DNA from: Chthonomonas calidirosea
GTDB lineage: Bacteria; Armatimonadota; Fimbriimonadia; Fimbriimonadales; Fimbriimonadaceae
Reading direction: 5' to 3'
Assembly: GCA_945859975.1 (NCBI GenBank)
Contig: CAMAPH010000009.1
Location: 1 to 64,000 of the forward strand
Length of the DNA stretch: 64,000 bases
In this document: piece by piece, positions 17,935-27,309 of the stretch
Position numbering within the stretch: position 1 is the stretch's first letter
How the letters are laid out: every line of letters starts with the position of its first letter
Notes under the pieces: model-generated
The model's database searches: none
Seen by the model: the letters and a program-made list of their open reading frames with translations, nothing else
What the model was told of the DNA's origin: nothing
Program-made: the position numbers and the translations under genes

Positions 17935-18348
17935 TTACTTTTCGCCGCGCTTCTTTCGGACTCGGGTCTTGACGAGTCGTGGAACTCCGTCTGCGCCGTA
18001 GCCGATCTTGAATCCAGCTGGCAAGCCAGCAAGTGCCTTCGCAAGATCGTCAGAGAGAGCAGCTCCGCCGCCGGCTCGTCGTCCTCGTGCCTTCGGCTTA
18101 ACCGAGTTCAGTCGATCGAATGCTTCGCTCGCATCGTCTTCTTTGCCCATGGCTACCAGTTGCTTCTTGTCTACCTGATAGAGTTCACTCGAAGCTGGGA
18201 AGGAGAGGAAGAGGTATCCCTCACCGGCAATCATTCGGGCCTTAATAGGTACGGTGTACTTCTTGACTCCGATCTTGATGGACAACACGCCGTCTTTCTC
18301 TGCTGCCTTAAACTTAAGGCTGTTCTTTACGTTCTGAACGGTTTTCAT
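17935..18348 (-). CDS. Small, strongly basic hypothetical protein
   Basis: 137 aa, Lys/Arg-rich (KPKARGRR; KTRVRKKRGEK), followed by the terminator. Confidence 0.75.
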   Translation of the reverse strand: MKTVQNVKNSLKFKAAEKDGVLSIKIGVKKYTVPIKARMIAGEGYLFLSFPASSELYQVDKKQLVAMGKEDDASEAFDRLNSVKPKARGRRAGGGAALSDDLAKALAGLPAGFKIGYGADGVPRLVKTRVRKKRGEK

Positions 18349-18390
18349 TTTGCTCTTTAATTATGGCAACGAGTCGTCGCCATTACAACG

Positions 18391-19209
18391 TCAAGAAAGG
18401 AATACCACATTATCGATCAATCGTGTTGTCCCGAGCTTCGCCGCACAAATGAGTGCCGAGTCTTCTTGATGGGCAGCAATGGGTGCCATCGTCGGTAAAT
18501 CTACATACTCAAAGTAGTCCACTCCAAAGCCATTTGCCGATAGCGCGGATACTGCGGATGAAAGCGTTTCTGCTACAGAACTGCCTTGAACGATACTCAT
18601 TTTTGACTCAGATAGTTTCTGATAAAGTAGCGGTGCCAGATTCCGTTCCGAGGGTGAGAGGTATCGATTTCGGCTTGACATCGCTAAACCGTCAACTTCC
18701 CTCACCGTATCGCAGACCACTACGCCAATCGGTAAATTCAATCCAGTTACCATCGTTTGCACTACTTGGCATTGCTGTAGATCCTTCTGACCAAAATACG
18801 CGCGCGTTGGCAACACCATGCCAAACAGTTTGGCGACAACCGTAGAGACTCCATCAAAGTGGCCCGGGCGCTTGGCACCTTCCCACCTTTCAGTGACCCC
18901 AAAAACTTGTACCTTTACGAGGTGATTCGGATACATCTCTTCTACTGAGGGAAGAAATACGATGTCGACACCGCAACTTTCTGCAATGGCCAAGTCCGAC
19001 TCCAAGGTTCTGGGATACCGAGAATAATCCTCGTTCGGTCCGAATTGAGTTGGATTGACAAAGATAGACAGTACAGAGATATCGTTCTCTGCCCGGCTTC
19101 GGCGAAGCAGCGCCGCATGGCCCTCATGCAAGGCTCCCATTGTAGGAACAAAACCAACCGAGTTTTGCCCTCGAGTTCCAATCTCAGAAATCCGTTCAAC
19201 AACTCTCAA
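18391..19209 (-). CDS. panC: Pantoate--beta-alanine ligase
   Basis: FVPTMGALHEGH, RPGHFDGV, FGQKD, AMSSRN, RLIDN. Confidence 0.97.
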   Translation of the reverse strand: MRVVERISEIGTRGQNSVGFVPTMGALHEGHAALLRRSRAENDISVLSIFVNPTQFGPNEDYSRYPRTLESDLAIAESCGVDIVFLPSVEEMYPNHLVKVQVFGVTERWEGAKRPGHFDGVSTVVAKLFGMVLPTRAYFGQKDLQQCQVVQTMVTGLNLPIGVVVCDTVREVDGLAMSSRNRYLSPSERNLAPLLYQKLSESKMSIVQGSSVAETLSSAVSALSANGFGVDYFEYVDLPTMAPIAAHQEDSALICAAKLGTTRLIDNVVFLS

Positions 19210-19991
19210 AAGCTGTTCTCTTCCGTTGGAAACTTTCGCTCCCGGACTTCTTGGGTGTAAGTCTTAAAGGCGTCTAGGACCAAGCTCCGACCGTCGATAT
19301 ACGGCTTAGCATGCTTGTGAATTTTATTTGTTAGTCCTAAGATGTCGTGCATTACTTGAATTTGACCGTCGCATTCGATCCCACCTCCGATGCCAATCGT
19401 TGGTGAAGCCACAGACTGAGTAATTTGTGCCGACAGCGCGGCGGGAATCAATTCCAGAACGATCGCGCAAACCCCAGCCGCGTCAATGGACTGAGCTTCG
19501 GCGAGTACGGTGCTACCGGCGTCTCCCCTTCCCTGCACCTTAAACCCCCCAAAAGTGTTCACCGCTTGAGGCGTGAAACCAACATGGCCCCAAACGGGGA
19601 TGCCTGCCTTTGTCATCGCGCGAATCGTATCGGGATAGTCGCCCTCTAGCTTCACCGCGTCTGCTCCGGCTTTCATGAGAAGGATTGCGTTCTCAATGGC
19701 TTGCTCAGTCGAAACGTGATAAGAGCCAAACGGAAGATCCGCAACCAAGTGCGCCCGTTGGACTCCACGGCGTACCGCTCGGAGATGATGCAGAACATCG
19801 GCAATCTCCACGGGAACCGTAGTCTCGTACCCAAGAACGACATTCCCTAAGGAATCGCCAACTAAGATAACATCGATGCCCGCTTCATCGGCGGCCTGCG
19901 CAAAAAAGACATCGTATGCAGTGACGCATACGATGCTCTGACCGCGTTCCTTCATCAGCCGAAGTTTGGGCGCGGTAATTCGATCCGCCAT
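19206..19991 (-). CDS. panB: 3-methyl-2-oxobutanoate hydroxymethyltransferase
   Basis: TAYD, LVGDSLG, ADLPFGSY, VKLEG, DGQIQVMHDILG. Confidence 0.97.
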   Translation of the reverse strand: MADRITAPKLRLMKERGQSIVCVTAYDVFFAQAADEAGIDVILVGDSLGNVVLGYETTVPVEIADVLHHLRAVRRGVQRAHLVADLPFGSYHVSTEQAIENAILLMKAGADAVKLEGDYPDTIRAMTKAGIPVWGHVGFTPQAVNTFGGFKVQGRGDAGSTVLAEAQSIDAAGVCAIVLELIPAALSAQITQSVASPTIGIGGGIECDGQIQVMHDILGLTNKIHKHAKPYIDGRSLVLDAFKTYTQEVRERKFPTEENSF

Positions 19992-20000
19992 ATCGGCAGT

Positions 20001-20465
20001 TTACTTAAGCGAGGCCAAAACCTCTTTTGCGTGGCCCTTGGGCTTTACCTTGTTGAACACTGCCGTAACGATTCCCTCTGCGTTGATCACGAAAGTCGTT
20101 CTCTCCACGCCCATGTACTTCTTCCCGTACATCGACTTTTCCACCCAAACGCCGCACGCATTGGCAAGAAGTTGCTCTGTATCTGCCAATAAAGTGAATC
20201 CAAGAGAGTACTTATCGGCGAACTTTCGATGGCTCTTTGCGTTATCAGGACTGACGCCAACAACCCGGGCACCTGGGGATTCCGATCCCGAGAAGTCTGG
20301 GGCAAGTTCCTGAAACTCACAAGCCTCGGCCGTGCAACCGGTCGTGTCATCTTTCGGATAGAAGTAGATCACCGCCGGAGCACCTGCTAGATCTGCTTTG
20401 GTTACCGTCTCGGCATCTTGATTGAGCAATGAAAAGTCTGGAAACGCGTCGCCAACCTGCAACAT
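20001..20465 (-). CDS. bcp: Peroxiredoxin Q / BCP
   Basis: YFYPKDDTTGCTAEAC; EKSMYGKKYMGVERTTF. Confidence 0.95.
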   Translation of the reverse strand: MLQVGDAFPDFSLLNQDAETVTKADLAGAPAVIYFYPKDDTTGCTAEACEFQELAPDFSGSESPGARVVGVSPDNAKSHRKFADKYSLGFTLLADTEQLLANACGVWVEKSMYGKKYMGVERTTFVINAEGIVTAVFNKVKPKGHAKEVLASLK

Positions 20466-20498
20466 ACGCCTAACTCTATCCGTAATTGGCGGGAATCG

Positions 20499-20894
20499 TT
20501 AGCCGCCGTCGGCGTCGGTCAAAAGTGCTTGCATCAAATCGACGCGTAAGACAATTCCGGTCATCTGATTTCCATCCATCACCGGTGCGACGGTGAGATG
20601 GCTGTTTAACATGATGTAGAACGCCTCTCCAATTTCGTGATCCGCGGGCAAGGTTGTTGGCGTCGAGGTGCCGTAGTGAATAGCCGGAGAATTCGCAATG
20701 CTCACCAAACTATCCGCCATCGTTACCGCCCGACACAGGTCCCCTTCTGTTACCACGGCGAGCGGCTCGAGGTCGTCGTTCAGCACCACCAACGCGGGAA
20801 ACTGATAGATGTCCATCTTGTCCACCGCATCCCGCACCGTGCTTTTCGGCGTGAGGGTGGGTATGTGGGTATGCATCACTTCCCGCAACTTCAT
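20499..20894 (-). CDS. CBS-domain pair protein
   Basis: MKLREVM...VVTEGDL...GIVLRVDL. Confidence 0.85.
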   Translation of the reverse strand: MKLREVMHTHIPTLTPKSTVRDAVDKMDIYQFPALVVLNDDLEPLAVVTEGDLCRAVTMADSLVSIANSPAIHYGTSTPTTLPADHEIGEAFYIMLNSHLTVAPVMDGNQMTGIVLRVDLMQALLTDADGG

Positions 20895-20922
20895 GAGGCA
20901 AGGGTGGCACACCTAGCCCATC

Positions 20923-21675
20923 GTGTGCCAGAGTTCGAGAGTGCGAATAGATGTCGGCATCATTGGTGGAACCGGAATCGGGGATCGGTTGCTGGAGCTT
21001 GGCGGGACGCCATTCCAACTCGTAACGCCTAGCGGCATCTTCCGCGCGGTCCACACGGAATACCAAGGCATCTCGATTGCCCTCCTTAGCCGACATTCTG
21101 CGGGTCACAAGCTCGCCCCGCACCGCGTGCCATACGAGACGATGGCGCGGGGACTTGACGAACTCAAGTGTCGGTTTTGCCTTGCGACGGCCGCGGTAGG
21201 CAGCCTAGACGAAACGAAGGGGCCCGGTACGTTACTTGCGTGTCGTGATCTCTTGGACGTTAGCGATCGTCAACAGACTCTTCACCACCGGCAGGTGGTT
21301 CATCGCGACTTTACGAATCCGTTTTCAGAACTCGTTTCCCGCGCATTTATCGCCGCTGGTGAGGCGCAACGTTTAACGGTTCACGACAACGCGGTCTACG
21401 TTTGCGTTAATGGTCCTCGCTACGAAACCCCGCACGAGATCAAGACCTATCGAGCGCTCGGTGGCACAGTCGTTGGAATGACCGCCGCAAGCGAGGCAAT
21501 CCTCATGCGGGAAGCCGAAATTGAGTACGGCTGCCTCGCGATCGTCACCAACTACGCAAGTGGGATCTCGCCAACTCCGCTTGATCACCAAGAGGTCGTC
21601 GACGAAATGAACCGAACCGGTGCGAATGCCGTGCAGATTCTGCTGGATTCCGCGCGGTTGCTTATGGGAGGCTGA
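20923..21675 (+). CDS. mtnP: MTAP-family purine nucleoside phosphorylase (start may be 20941)
   Basis: GIIGGTG, SRH, AVGSL, GPRYET, VGMT, VTNYA. Confidence 0.9.
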   Translation: MCQSSRVRIDVGIIGGTGIGDRLLELGGTPFQLVTPSGIFRAVHTEYQGISIALLSRHSAGHKLAPHRVPYETMARGLDELKCRFCLATAAVGSLDETKGPGTLLACRDLLDVSDRQQTLHHRQVVHRDFTNPFSELVSRAFIAAGEAQRLTVHDNAVYVCVNGPRYETPHEIKTYRALGGTVVGMTAASEAILMREAEIEYGCLAIVTNYASGISPTPLDHQEVVDEMNRTGANAVQILLDSARLLMGG

Positions 21676-22535
21676 TGTCACCGCGAACCTTTGCCCTCCT
21701 GCTCAGCCTCACGCCCGGAATCGGAGGAAAGAGCGTTTCTCGAATCGTCACGAGAAACTCGCTCATGGCGCGATCGCCGCAGGACTTCCTTCGGCTGAGT
21801 GTAGAAACCTGGCGGGAAGAGTATCGGCTTACGGTGAAGGCTTCGGACAACCTGAAAGTCCAAGCCCTTAAGGGCCCAGCAGAAATCGAAGAGCTAGAGC
21901 GCAAGCTGCTTGGCCTCGGCGTGAATCTCATCACAATGCAGGACGCCGAATACCCGGAGCGGATTGAGCAATTCGACCCCGATCCGCCGGGGGTTCTGTT
22001 CCTCTATGGGAATCAGAAGCTCCTCCAATCCAAGTCCTTTGCTGTTCTCAGTTCCCGCTCCGCCACGCCAACTCAGCTTGATCAAATTGAAGCGCTCACT
22101 CAAGAGGGCGTTCTGAACGGCGAAGTCTTGGTCTCGGGTCACGATCGTCCGGAGTATCAGCGGAGTGCCATCGTTCCGTTGCGATGGGGTGCTCCTCGCA
22201 TTCTCTGTCTAGACCGGGGACTCTTCCGGGTTCTCGGAGACGATCTCAAAAATGAACCGTTTCGCGCCGCCCGCCTGTGGCGGTACGAGTTCGATCCGCT
22301 CACCGATTTGGTGGTGACGCCGTTCCGCCCGGAAGCCGATTTTGTGGGCGTCAACAACAAAGTCCGCGACCGGCTGATCGCTAGCCTGGCCCACCGGACG
22401 GACTTTGTTCATCTCGGAATCGGCGGCGGAATGGACCAAATCGCCCGGCTGGCGGCGAAGGCGGGGCGCACTTTTCGCGTGCCAGAGGAGCACGCCGGCA
22501 GGTTCCCGGCGGCCACCGCACTCCCGGTTGGTTAA
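21675..22535 (+). CDS. Divergent DprA/Smf-like protein
   Basis: TPGIG, YPERI...PPGVLFLYGN, AVLSSR, VLVSG; lacks the usual GLARGID segment. Confidence 0.7.
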   Translation: MSPRTFALLLSLTPGIGGKSVSRIVTRNSLMARSPQDFLRLSVETWREEYRLTVKASDNLKVQALKGPAEIEELERKLLGLGVNLITMQDAEYPERIEQFDPDPPGVLFLYGNQKLLQSKSFAVLSSRSATPTQLDQIEALTQEGVLNGEVLVSGHDRPEYQRSAIVPLRWGAPRILCLDRGLFRVLGDDLKNEPFRAARLWRYEFDPLTDLVVTPFRPEADFVGVNNKVRDRLIASLAHRTDFVHLGIGGGMDQIARLAAKAGRTFRVPEEHAGRFPAATALPVG

Positions 22536-22561
22536 GAATCCGTCATAATGAACTTTGGCGC

Positions 22562-22649
22562 GGAGTGGTGTCCGAGTGGTCGAAGGAGCGCGACTGGAAA
22601 TCGCGTATACGGCAACGTATCGAGAGTTCGAATCTCTCCCGCTCCGCCA
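22562..22649 (+). tRNA. tRNA-Ser(GGA)
   Basis: Acceptor GGAGTGG/CCGCTCC, anticodon arm CGCGA-CTGGAAA-TCGCG, long variable arm, GTTCGAATC T-loop, encoded CCA. Confidence 0.97.
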
Positions 22650-22694
22650 GCTTTCCCTTCGACCCAACGAGCCTAGGCTTCGTAGTACGTTCTG

Positions 22695-23099
22695 ATGATC
22701 TCTGCGACCCCCGAAGAGCAAGCCCGACGCCAAGAAGTGATGAAATTGGTGCTCGAAAGCATCAACATCAACCGAGTCATCAAACTTCCTGATCTCGACT
22801 TAGCCCTCGCGCGACCATCCGACCAGTTCGCACTCGTGAACATCGGTGCCGAGCCAAACCAATACTCAGGCCAGGTTGGCGATTTTCGCTATCAGTTCGA
22901 AGGCGAAGAGGACCTGTTGCACCTCATGGTCACCAAGTCTCAGGGAGAACTCATCTCGGTCCAAGAAGGTCAGAGTGTCGCGGCGTTTCTGTTGGACGGT
23001 GTGCCGCCAGCCCTCGTTTGGCTGAAACCCGGCAACCTAAGCCAGCACTTCTATGTCGGGCACGACGACCTGGTCGGTAATCTCATCCTCGCCGAATGA
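22695..23099 (+). CDS. Hypothetical protein
   Basis: 134-aa ORF with an ATGA overlap into mutY. Confidence 0.7.
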   Translation: MISATPEEQARRQEVMKLVLESININRVIKLPDLDLALARPSDQFALVNIGAEPNQYSGQVGDFRYQFEGEEDLLHLMVTKSQGELISVQEGQSVAAFLLDGVPPALVWLKPGNLSQHFYVGHDDLVGNLILAE

Positions 23100-24106
23100 G
23101 ACCGCCGAACCCGCAACGCGACGAGTTGCACCAACTGTTACTCCGCTGGTACGACCGCCATGCGCGCGATCTACCCTGGCGAAAAGATCCTGAGCCGTAC
23201 CAAACCTGGGTCAGCGAGATCATGCTGCAACAAACCCAAGTCGCCACGGTGATTCCGTACTTTGAACGCTGGATGGCGCGGTTCCCAACTATCGCCGACC
23301 TTGCAAATGCAAGCGAAGATGATGTCCTCCAGTTCTGGCAAGGACTGGGTTACTATCGCCGCGGTCGAAATCTGCTGGCGGGAGCCCAATATGTGGTTGC
23401 CAACGGAATCCCGTCCGACGCGGCAGGCTGGCAAGAAGTCCCAGGAATCGGACCCTACACCGCCGGCGCAATTGCGAGCATCGCCCAAAACCAACCCGCC
23501 GCCCTCGTCGATGGCAATGTCGAGCGCGTTTACTCTCGTCTCACGGCCGATGCAACGGACCCGCCCAAGCTCACCCAAAACGCCTGGAAGTGGGCCAACC
23601 TGAATCTAGATCACCATCGCCCCGGCGACTGGAATCAGGCCTTGATGGAGCTTGGCGCTACCGTATGCATGCCAAAGAACCCGCAGTGCCCAACCTGCCC
23701 GCTCAAGAATCGCTGCGCCGCGTTCGCCATCGGAAAGCCCGGCAGCTTTCCAACTCCGGCAAAGAGAACCGCCACCGTTCAACTGCAGCAAACCCTTTGG
23801 ATCGCGCGGTGCGGGGACAGAATTGCCACGGAGCGAGTGCCGCAAGGCGAATGGTGGGAGGGCATGGTCAGCTTCCCGCGCAGCCAGACGCACGACCTGA
23901 CAGAAAATCCGTTTGACCCGGCATGGCCAAAGCTAGCCGGCACCTTCAAACACAGCGTGACCCACCACCGAATAACGCTTCAAGTCGCCTGTGTTAACGT
24001 CGAAAACGCCGCCGACAACTACACTTGGCTCAACGCAGATGATCTAAACGCAGCCGCTATTCCCGCCCCGCACAGAAAGGGGCTGGAACTTGCGAAACGG
24101 CTTTAA
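23096..24106 (+). CDS. mutY: A/G-specific adenine glycosylase
   Basis: WVSEIMLQQTQV, WQGLGYY, VPGIGPYTA, VDGNVERV, Fe-S motif C-x6-C-x2-C-x5-C. Confidence 0.95.
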   Translation: MRPPNPQRDELHQLLLRWYDRHARDLPWRKDPEPYQTWVSEIMLQQTQVATVIPYFERWMARFPTIADLANASEDDVLQFWQGLGYYRRGRNLLAGAQYVVANGIPSDAAGWQEVPGIGPYTAGAIASIAQNQPAALVDGNVERVYSRLTADATDPPKLTQNAWKWANLNLDHHRPGDWNQALMELGATVCMPKNPQCPTCPLKNRCAAFAIGKPGSFPTPAKRTATVQLQQTLWIARCGDRIATERVPQGEWWEGMVSFPRSQTHDLTENPFDPAWPKLAGTFKHSVTHHRITLQVACVNVENAADNYTWLNADDLNAAAIPAPHRKGLELAKRL

Positions 24107-24492
24107 TCAATCTCGAGCGAACGGAAACGACGCTCCGTAGAGTCCATCTTCTCCGTCAAGTGACGGTACGCCCATTGGACCTTTTGGTTGATTTCGGCCG
24201 CATGACGCGCTTCCACCGAACCATCTGGAAAATTGCCGGGGTCGCTTCGCAAGTTCAGTCGATCGTAGGCCGCCTTGATCGCCTCGAAATCCGCCGTACC
24301 GGAAACGCCAAGGATGCCCCTTGCCCGACCATCTGGATCCGTCATCGTCGCCGATGTCTCGATTCTCGTGGTCGTCGTGTATACCGGTTCGTCCAGTTCG
24401 CGCTGGGCCAAATCATCTACTCCCGTGATTCGCTCCCATTCGCGATTCACGTATCCACGCAACATATCGTAGGCCCGCTTCGCCTCGCTCAT
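24103..24492 (-). CDS. J-domain-like protein lacking HPD
   Basis: ARGILGVS...IKAAYDRL...SDP...INQKVQWAY follows the DnaJ helix pattern. Confidence 0.65.
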   Translation of the reverse strand: MSEAKRAYDMLRGYVNREWERITGVDDLAQRELDEPVYTTTTRIETSATMTDPDGRARGILGVSGTADFEAIKAAYDRLNLRSDPGNFPDGSVEARHAAEINQKVQWAYRHLTEKMDSTERRFRSLEID

Positions 24493-24496
24493 GCTT

Positions 24497-25147
24497 TTAT
24501 AATGCCACCCTTTCGCTCATAAGGGCTTGGGCATCGTCGACGCTCAGGCTTAGGCCCTTAAGTTGGGCAAGCGATTCGCGCAGCGACTCCGTGTCCATTC
24601 CGGCGGTGCTATCTCGCCCAACCCCGACCGCAAGCCGGGCGCGCATTTCGCTGAGTCCTGCCTCGGCCTTTCGGATGTCCGCGTCCAAAGTCGCGACCAG
24701 CGTGGTGATCTCATCGTAGTGCGCCCGCTCGGCCTGCTTTGCCTCGACCGCGCTGAGAAACGAGCTTCGCTCTCCTTCCGACTCGGCCTGATTGGCCTGT
24801 GACTGGAGCTTTTCAATCTCGATGTCGACCGCGCTGGCTTCGAACGCGAGTTTCTTCAGCTTTTGTCGAACAAGCAACGTGTCCTTTAACTGCGAGACCA
24901 CGCGGCCGGCTTCGACAACCGCTTCTCGGCCCACAAAGTAAGTTGGCGATCCTTTCGGCGCGGCGCCGGCAAGCTTTTCGATTTCCTGTTTCAACTGCCG
25001 AGACTTTGCGTACATCGAACGGCTGTCCGGGTTCAGTCCTTCGCGGTCATCCTCTTTGATGCCGGTTTTCCGGCTGGTGATCGAGCCGAGGAACACCCCG
25101 CCAATAATCAGCACTAGTACGAGAAGCAAAATTAAGAGAACATTCAT
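24497..25147 (-). CDS. Membrane-anchored coiled-coil hypothetical protein
   Basis: N-terminal TM helix, then heptad-like Ala/Glu/Leu-rich helices. Confidence 0.75.
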   Translation of the reverse strand: MNVLLILLLVLVLIIGGVFLGSITSRKTGIKEDDREGLNPDSRSMYAKSRQLKQEIEKLAGAAPKGSPTYFVGREAVVEAGRVVSQLKDTLLVRQKLKKLAFEASAVDIEIEKLQSQANQAESEGERSSFLSAVEAKQAERAHYDEITTLVATLDADIRKAEAGLSEMRARLAVGVGRDSTAGMDTESLRESLAQLKGLSLSVDDAQALMSERVAL

Positions 25148-25150
25148 CGA

Positions 25151-26026
25151 CTAAAACCTAAACCGAATTTGAATCGCGACGTCGTGATACGTACCACGAC
25201 GCAATCGGATCACGGGCTCAAATGTTGTACGGTCATCCACGCGGAAAGTTGCCCCAAATCTCACGAGCTCCGTTCCAGATTGCACGCCGCGGGTAAAGCC
25301 AATCTCCGCGCGATCGAACCGATTGAGCCTGCGAGCAAGGCTAAGGTCCCAAACAGTCTGCCCTTCATCGAGCTCAGTCTCGCCCCTCGACAAAACCAAG
25401 CCTTCTAGCTTTAGGGTGTATTGCCCAATCCGGTTGATCGATTCTCCACCGTAAATCAGGCCAAATCCTCGACCGTTCCCTGGCGCGAGCTCGGGCCGTC
25501 GCAAAATTCCAAGCGAAGACGCTGCCCCACCAAAGTTTTGACCGACCATGACCGAAGCGTTCAACTGGCTGGAGCCAATCCGTCCCGCAAAGCCACTCGC
25601 CCGGCCACGGCCAGCATCGGCAAAGGCAATCGCGATCGGAAGCCCCTCAAAGATCAGGTTCGTGTCGCCTCGGACCGCTACTGCGCTCTCGGCCATGGTG
25701 CTTCGGTAACCGAACGGCAAATACTGCTTCCCAACGCGCCAGAGCCCTTCGTCTTCAACGTAAATCTCGTCGATGACTTCCCGGTCCGTGCCGAAATCGG
25801 GACGCTGAATCCGCTGCGATGCGAAGGCGCGCAGACCCGACTCGAGAAAAAGCGTTAGTCCAACCGTCCCCGGTCGACCGTAGATATCGTAGCCACGAAG
25901 GAACGAGGAACCTCCCCGCTCGTAGCGCAAAGAACCGATTAGGTCCACTTTGACGCGAACATCCGGAGCCTGCGCGTGAGCCACACCGATGAGAAAGCAG
26001 AGGGCTATGCCCGCTCTTGCAACCAC
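25151..26026 (-). CDS. Probable outer-membrane beta-barrel protein
   Basis: Signal peptide (AHA-Q), alternating amphipathic strands, C-terminal IQIRFRF. Confidence 0.7.
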   Translation of the reverse strand: MVARAGIALCFLIGVAHAQAPDVRVKVDLIGSLRYERGGSSFLRGYDIYGRPGTVGLTLFLESGLRAFASQRIQRPDFGTDREVIDEIYVEDEGLWRVGKQYLPFGYRSTMAESAVAVRGDTNLIFEGLPIAIAFADAGRGRASGFAGRIGSSQLNASVMVGQNFGGAASSLGILRRPELAPGNGRGFGLIYGGESINRIGQYTLKLEGLVLSRGETELDEGQTVWDLSLARRLNRFDRAEIGFTRGVQSGTELVRFGATFRVDDRTTFEPVIRLRRGTYHDVAIQIRFRF

Positions 26027-27255
26027 TTAACCACCTCGGCGCGCGGGAGCAGGAACTGCTCGGACTTCGCAAGTTCCTTGACCTGCACCGCGGACTCCTG
26101 CACCTCCGTGTCGCCAATGACGAGCGCGAACCGAGCGCCGCTCTTATCGGCCTGCCGCATTTGCGATTTCATCGTGCGAGCTTCGACATCCCAATCCGTC
26201 GCAATACAGTTATCGCGAAGCTCGCGAACGAGGTTTCTTGCGGCGGCGGTTTGTCCCGCACTGACCACGAACGCAAGGGGCATTGGATCTGGGATCGCAA
26301 CTTCGTAAGCTTCTAAAGCCAGCAAGACCCGTTCTACGCCAATGCCAACGCCGACGCTCGGAGTCGCCGCGCCACCAATCTCTCTGATGAGATTGTCATA
26401 CCTTCCGCCACCGCAAAGGCTGCTCTGTGACCCAAGTTTGTCGCTTTGAACTTCGAAGACGGTCTCGGTGTAATAGTCGAGCCCACGAACGATTTCTGGG
26501 GCCAAGCGATACTTCACCCCCGCCTCGGCCAGCAACTCTTGGATGGTCTCGAACCGCTGCTTCGAGTCGTCCTCCAAGAAGTCGGTCACCGGCGCGAGCC
26601 CGGCAAGGACGGCATGCACTTTCTCGTCCTTCGAGTCCAGCAGCCGCATTGGGTTCTTTTGCGCCTTTTCTTGTTCTTCCGTCGTTTGCTCGGCCAGCCA
26701 GGGCGCGATGTGCTCCAAAATCGCCGCTCGGTACCGCTCGCGGCACTCGGTTCGGCCAATCGAGTTCAGCAAAATCACCGAGTCTGGAATCCCAATCTTC
26801 GCGAAGAAGCGAGAAACAACTTCCAGAACCTCCGCATCAGCGTGAGCCGAATTTGCCCCGACAAGCTCAAGTCCAAGCTGGTGAGCTTCCCGCAATCGCC
26901 CCTTCTGCGGTCGCCCATAGCGGAAGAACGGCGTGACGTAAGCTAACCGCAGCACGGTGCCAGGTGGGCAAAGGCTGTGCTCCACCACCGCCCGCATCGC
27001 CGGGGCCGTTCCTTCGGGCTTCAAGGTGATGCTCCGGTCGCCCTGGTCGCGGAAGGTGTACATCTCCTTGCTCACGATGTCGCTCGTCTCACCCGAAGTG
27101 CGAATGAAAAGCTGCGTGTCCTCAAAGGTCGGCGTTCTAATTTCGCCGTAACCGTAAAGATGCGTCAGTTCCAACCAAGCCGATTCAACGTGCCGCCACT
27201 TCCCTGCCTGTGCCGGTAATACATCCTCCGTCCCTCGTTGGGCTTGAAACTTCAT
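26005..27255 (-). CDS. hisS: Histidine--tRNA ligase
   Basis: RGTED, KEMYTF, LKPEGTA, RGLDYY, GGGRYD. Confidence 0.97.
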   Translation of the reverse strand: MKFQAQRGTEDVLPAQAGKWRHVESAWLELTHLYGYGEIRTPTFEDTQLFIRTSGETSDIVSKEMYTFRDQGDRSITLKPEGTAPAMRAVVEHSLCPPGTVLRLAYVTPFFRYGRPQKGRLREAHQLGLELVGANSAHADAEVLEVVSRFFAKIGIPDSVILLNSIGRTECRERYRAAILEHIAPWLAEQTTEEQEKAQKNPMRLLDSKDEKVHAVLAGLAPVTDFLEDDSKQRFETIQELLAEAGVKYRLAPEIVRGLDYYTETVFEVQSDKLGSQSSLCGGGRYDNLIREIGGAATPSVGVGIGVERVLLALEAYEVAIPDPMPLAFVVSAGQTAAARNLVRELRDNCIATDWDVEARTMKSQMRQADKSGARFALVIGDTEVQESAVQVKELAKSEQFLLPRAEVVKWLQERA

Positions 27256-27271
27256 CTATTCATTATGTTCG

Positions 27272-27304
27272 TGGACCGGAAAGCGAGGCTCGCTTTCCGG
27301 TCCA
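27272..27304. repeat. Perfect 16-bp inverted repeat between proS and hisS
   Basis: TGGACCGGAAAGCGAG-G-CTCGCTTTCCGGTCCA, no U-tail. Confidence 0.7.
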
Positions 27305-27309
27305 AACGA

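Noticed and set aside
18391..19991. panB/panC as a horizontally acquired island (looks more AT-rich by eye)
   Set aside because: Composition was not quantified, there are no mobility signs, and the genes are contiguous with bcp
22562..23099. Integrative element at tRNA-Ser or tRNA-Cys
   Set aside because: No integrase and no duplicated tRNA 3' end seen; flanking genes are ordinary
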